A stretch of 64,000 nucleotides of DNA from Magnetococcales bacterium (GTDB lineage: Bacteria > Pseudomonadota > Magnetococcia > Magnetococcales > JADGCL01): assembly GCA_015229005.1 (NCBI GenBank), contig JADGCL010000004.1, positions 6,314 through 70,313 on the forward strand, written 5' to 3'. Below, piece by piece: positions 60,353 to 64,000 of the stretch. The translations under genes were made by a program, and so were the position numbers. Position 1 is the stretch's first letter; every line of letters starts with the position of its first letter. Under the pieces are notes generated by a model, which saw only the letters and a program-made list of their open reading frames with translations, did no database searches and was not told where the DNA came from.

Positions 60353-61528
60353 TTATGTTAAAGACGAATCGCCCCCTCTCCCCGCTTGTCGGAGGGCGGA
60401 ATTCAGCTCTTCGAGAGTTGCGGGGTCTGTCTCCAGGGCTCTGTGGGCGTTCAGGCAGGCGATGATGTGGCCATTATTTTCCCGGGGGCCTGATTCCAGT
60501 GCGTGACCAAGACCCCAGGCGGCGTGTTGACGCACCAGAGGCTCTGGCTCCCGCAACAGCCCGGTCAGGGCTTGAACCGCCTCGACGGATCCCCAGTTTC
60601 CCAAGGCAACCGCGAGGTTTCGCAGGAAGCGGGTTCGTCCCAGGCGACCGATTGGAGTCGATCGGAACCGCAGGTGGAAGGCGCTCTTGTCCCATTCCAG
60701 GCCATCCAGCAATCGCGATGCTCCCGAGGCCGGTGTCGAGGGGAATTCCGCTGGCGGGTTCTTGGGGGCGAAACGGTTCCAGGGGCAGGCGACCAGGCAA
60801 TCGTCACAGCCGAAGAGGCGATTGCCCATGGCCCGACGCAGGTCGGTCGGGATCGCCTCTTTTTCCTCGATCGTGAGGTAGCTTAAGCAGCGGCGTGCGT
60901 CCAGACGGTAAGGTTTGTCCAATGCCCCTGTCGGACAGGCATCCATGCAGCGGCGGCAACTCCCGCAGTGGTCCCGCTCCACCGGATCGGGTGGCAGGGG
61001 CAGAGGCAGGACCATCTCCCCGAGGAGCAACCAGCAGCCAAAGCGGCGCGAGACGAGGAGAGAGTTTTTTCCCGGCCAGCCGATCCCGGTGGCGTGGGCG
61101 AGGGGTTTCTCCATCGCCCGACCGCTGTCGACCAGCAATCGGGTCGGGATTTCCTGGCCCAGATGCCCGTGCAGCCATTCGCGCAGTCTCTCCAGTTTTT
61201 CGAGGATCACCTCGTGATAGTCCCGACCCCAGGCAAAGGCGGCAATTCCCATCCGTCCCGGATCGGCCAGGTGGGCCAAGGATTCCTCCGCAGGGCGATA
61301 GAAACAGCCGACCACCACCACGCTCCTTGCCCCATCGAGGAGGGCGGCCGGGTTCTGGCGGGTCTCGGGGTCTCGCCCCAACCAGGCCATCGACGCCTGA
61401 CATCCCTCCTCGATCCATGGCCGCAGCTTGTCCGCGTTGGGGGGTTCGACCGCCGGAGCCACCCGGAGAACGTCCAGACCGAGATGATGGGCTTCGGTGC
61501 GCAATCTCTCTTTCAGTTCGTGCCACAT
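60353..61528 (-). CDS. queG: epoxyqueuosine reductase QueG with C-terminal HEAT-like repeats
   Basis: Two ferredoxin motifs, CGSCRRCMDACPTGAL and FGCDDCLVACPWN. QueG N-terminal region (MWHELKERLRTEAHHLGLDVLRVAP). Confidence 0.9.
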   Translation of the reverse strand: MWHELKERLRTEAHHLGLDVLRVAPAVEPPNADKLRPWIEEGCQASMAWLGRDPETRQNPAALLDGARSVVVVGCFYRPAEESLAHLADPGRMGIAAFAWGRDYHEVILEKLERLREWLHGHLGQEIPTRLLVDSGRAMEKPLAHATGIGWPGKNSLLVSRRFGCWLLLGEMVLPLPLPPDPVERDHCGSCRRCMDACPTGALDKPYRLDARRCLSYLTIEEKEAIPTDLRRAMGNRLFGCDDCLVACPWNRFAPKNPPAEFPSTPASGASRLLDGLEWDKSAFHLRFRSTPIGRLGRTRFLRNLAVALGNWGSVEAVQALTGLLREPEPLVRQHAAWGLGHALESGPRENNGHIIACLNAHRALETDPATLEELNSALRQAGRGGDSSLT

Positions 61529-61678
61529 AGTGATAAACCTTCACCGGGTCTGGCGTTCACGCTCGGGCGGCGGGCGGCGGTCGACCTTCGCAGGGCACTT
61601 CCCTTCCGTTCGAGCGGATCTCGTGCCGTCCGGGTCTCTCTTTTCCACTTCCCCAAGGTTGATTGGCGTGGTCCTGTC

Positions 61679-62782
61679 ATGAATATGCGCGAAGAGCCCC
61701 CGCTTCCCCTGGAGCCGTTGTATGCGTTGAGCGATGAACAGCTTGCGGAGCGCATTGCTCGGGCCAAGGTCAGCCTGGGGGAGAGTTGTGTCATCCTGGG
61801 GCATCACTATCAGCGGGAGGAGGTCTACCGCTTCGCTGATCTTACCGGAGATTCCCTGAAGTTGGCGAGGCTGGCCAGTCTGCGTCCCAATGCTGCCTAC
61901 ATTGTTTTTTGCGGCGTCCACTTCATGGCCGAGGTCGCGGATATCCTCTCCGGGCCGGATCAGGCGGCGATCCTGCCGGATCTTGCCGCCGGTTGTTCCA
62001 TGGCCGACATGGCGGATCTGCCTGCGGTCGAGGATGCCTGGCGCTGCCTTGGCGAGTGGATGGACGTCGAAAGATTGGTGACACCGATCACCTACGTCAA
62101 CTCGATGGCGAATCTCAAGGCTTTCTGTGGACGGCACGGGGGGACGGTCTGCACCTCCTCCAATGCCACCGAGGTCCTGAAGTGGGCCTTCGCCAAACGT
62201 GAGAAGGCCCTCTTTTTCCCCGATCAGCACCTTGGGCGGATCAGTGCCTATCGTCTCGGGATTCCGCTGGAAGAGATGGCCCTCTGGCGTCCGGGGGAGC
62301 CCCTTGGTGGCCTCACCGAGGCCGAGATCCGGAAGGCCCGCATCATCCTTTGGGACGGGTATTGTTCGGTTCACCAGATGTTCCAGCCGGCGCATGTGAC
62401 CCTCTTTCGCGAACGCCACCCGGGGATCCGGGTGGTCGTTCACCCGGAGTGTTCCTTCGAGGTCTGCCAGATGGCCGACGCCTTGGGCTCGACCGAAGGA
62501 ATCCAGAAGCTGGTGCGGGAATCCCCCTCCGGGAGCAAGTGGGCGATCGGCACGGAACTCAACCTTGTCAATCGTCTCAAGGGGGAGATGCCGGACAAGG
62601 AGATCCATTTTCTCTGTCCCACCATATGTCTTTGCTCCACCATGTTCCGCATCGACCTGGCGCATTTGTGCTGGATCCTGGAAAATCTGGTTGCCGGACG
62701 GGTCATCAACCGGATTGTTGTACCGCCGATCGAGAAGGAACAGGCGCGTCTGGCCTTGGACCGGATGCTTTCGATAACCTGA
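61679..62782 (+). CDS. nadA: quinolinate synthase NadA
   Basis: Start at the ATG at 61679 (MNMREEPP). Motifs ILGHHYQ, FCGVHFMAE, CSMAD, VCTSSNA and CSVHQ match the NadA triplicated fold and its cluster Cys ligands. Confidence 0.92.
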   Translation: MNMREEPPLPLEPLYALSDEQLAERIARAKVSLGESCVILGHHYQREEVYRFADLTGDSLKLARLASLRPNAAYIVFCGVHFMAEVADILSGPDQAAILPDLAAGCSMADMADLPAVEDAWRCLGEWMDVERLVTPITYVNSMANLKAFCGRHGGTVCTSSNATEVLKWAFAKREKALFFPDQHLGRISAYRLGIPLEEMALWRPGEPLGGLTEAEIRKARIILWDGYCSVHQMFQPAHVTLFRERHPGIRVVVHPECSFEVCQMADALGSTEGIQKLVRESPSGSKWAIGTELNLVNRLKGEMPDKEIHFLCPTICLCSTMFRIDLAHLCWILENLVAGRVINRIVVPPIEKEQARLALDRMLSIT

Positions 62783-62808
62783 CAGATTGACAATCGAGGA
62801 TCGTAGCC

Positions 62809-63237
62809 ATGCTGGAAGAGGCCATTCGACTGGCTGTGTTGGCGCACCGGGGACAGAAAGACAAGGCTGGGCAGCCCTATATTCTCCACCCCCTGCGGGT
62901 GATGCTGGGTTTGGATTCCGATGAGGCCAAAATCGTCGGGGTGTTGCATGATGTGGTCGAAGAGACGAGCGTCTCCTTTGCAGAGCTGCGCAAGGTCGGT
63001 TTTGGTGACACCGTACTTGATGCCCTGGACAGTCTTACCCTGCGCGAGGGCGAGGCCTACGAGGCCTACATCGAGCGGGTCCTGGAAAATCCCCTGGCCA
63101 CCCAGGTCAAGCGGGTGGACCTGGTTGACAACATGGATATCCGGCGTCTCTCCTCGCAACCCACCGGTCGGGACTGGGCCAGGCTCGGCAAATACCGGTT
63201 GGCTTACGAGCGTCTTCTCCACCACCGTCCGAAATGA
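62809..63237 (+). CDS. stand-alone HD-domain protein, SpoT/Mesh1-like small alarmone hydrolase candidate
   Basis: AHRGQKDKAGQPYILHPLRV and GVLHDVVEET match the RSH hydrolase-domain motifs. 142 aa. Confidence 0.75.
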   Translation: MLEEAIRLAVLAHRGQKDKAGQPYILHPLRVMLGLDSDEAKIVGVLHDVVEETSVSFAELRKVGFGDTVLDALDSLTLREGEAYEAYIERVLENPLATQVKRVDLVDNMDIRRLSSQPTGRDWARLGKYRLAYERLLHHRPK

Positions 63238-64000
63238 GCCACAAGGTTTTTCGGGACGTCATCCACAACATGATCTCCCTGCAAAGGGAGGGCGAAGAAG
63301 GGTCGGCGGCGTGGCGCGATTGGGGGGATGGTCTCCTCCTTGCCCTGATCGATACCCCCGAGGTCCAGCGCCTGAGGCGGATCCGGCAGTTGGGGCCGGC
63401 CTCGCGGATCTACCCCAACGCGGAACACTCGCGTTTTTCCCATGCCCTGGGGGTGATGCATCTGGCCAAGCGGATCCTCGGGGCGGTGGCCCCGGGGATG
63501 GTCCGCCCCCTGGAGCCGGAAGAGCTTCTTCTCGCCAAGGTGGCTGCCCTGTTGCACGATATCGGTCACGGGCCTTATTCCCATCTCTTCGAGGAGGTGC
63601 AGGTGCCGTCGCTCTCTCACGAGAGTTGGGGCCGGCGTATCCTCCTGGATGAAGCCACCGGGGTGTATCGGGTTCTCCATCGGGGCTGTCGCCGGTTGGG
63701 CCTCGATTTCGCGTCCTTTCTTGATCGGCTTCAGGCGATCTTCACCGAACTTCCCCCGGGGGAGAGTCCCTCGCTGGTGCGGCAGGTGATTTCCAGCCAG
63801 TTGGATGCCGACCGGATGGATTATCTGTTGCGGGATGCCCATTTTACCGGGGTCATCTATGGGCGCTATGATCTCGAGTGGTTGCTCCACAGTCTCAGGG
63901 TCCAGGAAGAGGCGGGCGGGGAACGCCTCACGGTGGATGTCTCCAAGGGGCCGGCGGCGTTGGAGAGTTATCTCAATGCCCGTGATCATATGTACCTGCA
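63234..64000 (+). CDS. HD-superfamily phosphohydrolase (SAMHD1/YdhJ-like), 3' end beyond the window
   Basis: Hand translation from the ATG at 63234 (ATGA overlap with the preceding stop) stays open to the window end. Motifs: VFRDVIHNMISL, EHSRFSHALGVMHLA, AALLHDIGHGPYSH, DADRMDYLLRDAHFTG. Absent from the supplied track because no stop is reached. Confidence 0.8.
   Translation, partial: MSHKVFRDVIHNMISLQREGEEGSAAWRDWGDGLLLALIDTPEVQRLRRIRQLGPASRIYPNAEHSRFSHALGVMHLAKRILGAVAPGMVRPLEPEELLLAKVAALLHDIGHGPYSHLFEEVQVPSLSHESWGRRILLDEATGVYRVLHRGCRRLGLDFASFLDRLQAIFTELPPGESPSLVRQVISSQLDADRMDYLLRDAHFTGVIYGRYDLEWLLHSLRVQEEAGGERLTVDVSKGPAALESYLNARDHMYL

Overview
GC-rich chromosomal segment (about 60-65% GC by eye), probably proteobacterial; I cannot assign a genus. 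It is densely packed, with about 50 protein-coding genes. I found no rRNA, tRNA, CRISPR array, transposase or integrase. Gene calls rest on motifs I recognise in the supplied translations. Many start codons were moved inward from the ORF-track maxima, using RBS positions and stop/start overlaps.

Gene content, left to right:
- a partial membrane-protein gene running off the left edge
- a long RelA/SpoT homologue
- three small hypothetical genes
- a PP1-type metallophosphatase and a SPOR lipoprotein
- the cell-shape cluster rodA-mrdA-mreD-mreC-mreB (minus strand)
- glnD-lpxD and a GmhA-like SIS gene
- a DUF523/DUF1722 fusion, translationally coupled to a 1162-aa MscK-like channel
- an AT-rich island of about 0.75 kb carrying decayed gene fragments
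- a frameshifted PD-(D/E)XK-like gene
- a radical SAM/SPASM enzyme and a DUF190 protein
- a cNOR cluster, norC-norB-norQ-(polyferredoxin)-norD, with an FNR/NnrR-type box upstream
- moxR-DUF58-transglutaminase
- a tightly overlapping hydrogenase maturation operon: hupD-like protease, short hypF, hypC, hypD, hypE, hypA, hypB
- diverging from that operon, a [NiFe]-hydrogenase large subunit, then the small subunit, then a chemoreceptor with two c-haem motifs
- acr3 and rubrerythrin
- a periplasmic binding protein, a hybrid histidine kinase and a half-GGDEF ORF
- a 1597-aa secreted repeat/cadherin-like protein
- queG and nadA
- two HD hydrolases, the last running off the right edge

The strongest candidate for something undescribed is the hydrogenase block at 43.3-48.2 kb. 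It is Tat-exported and has no cytochrome b gene. Its large subunit has no C-terminal extension, and a di-haem methyl-accepting chemotaxis protein sits where an electron acceptor gene would normally be. I read this as a possible H2-sensing/energy-taxis module.

Secondary points of interest:
- a HypF reduced to its Kae1-like domain
- a polyferredoxin inserted between norQ and norD
- a half-GGDEF ORF coupled to the hybrid kinase
- a 30-bp tandem repeat array in the mreB/glnD divergent promoter region
- recurrent in-frame tandem duplications in several genes
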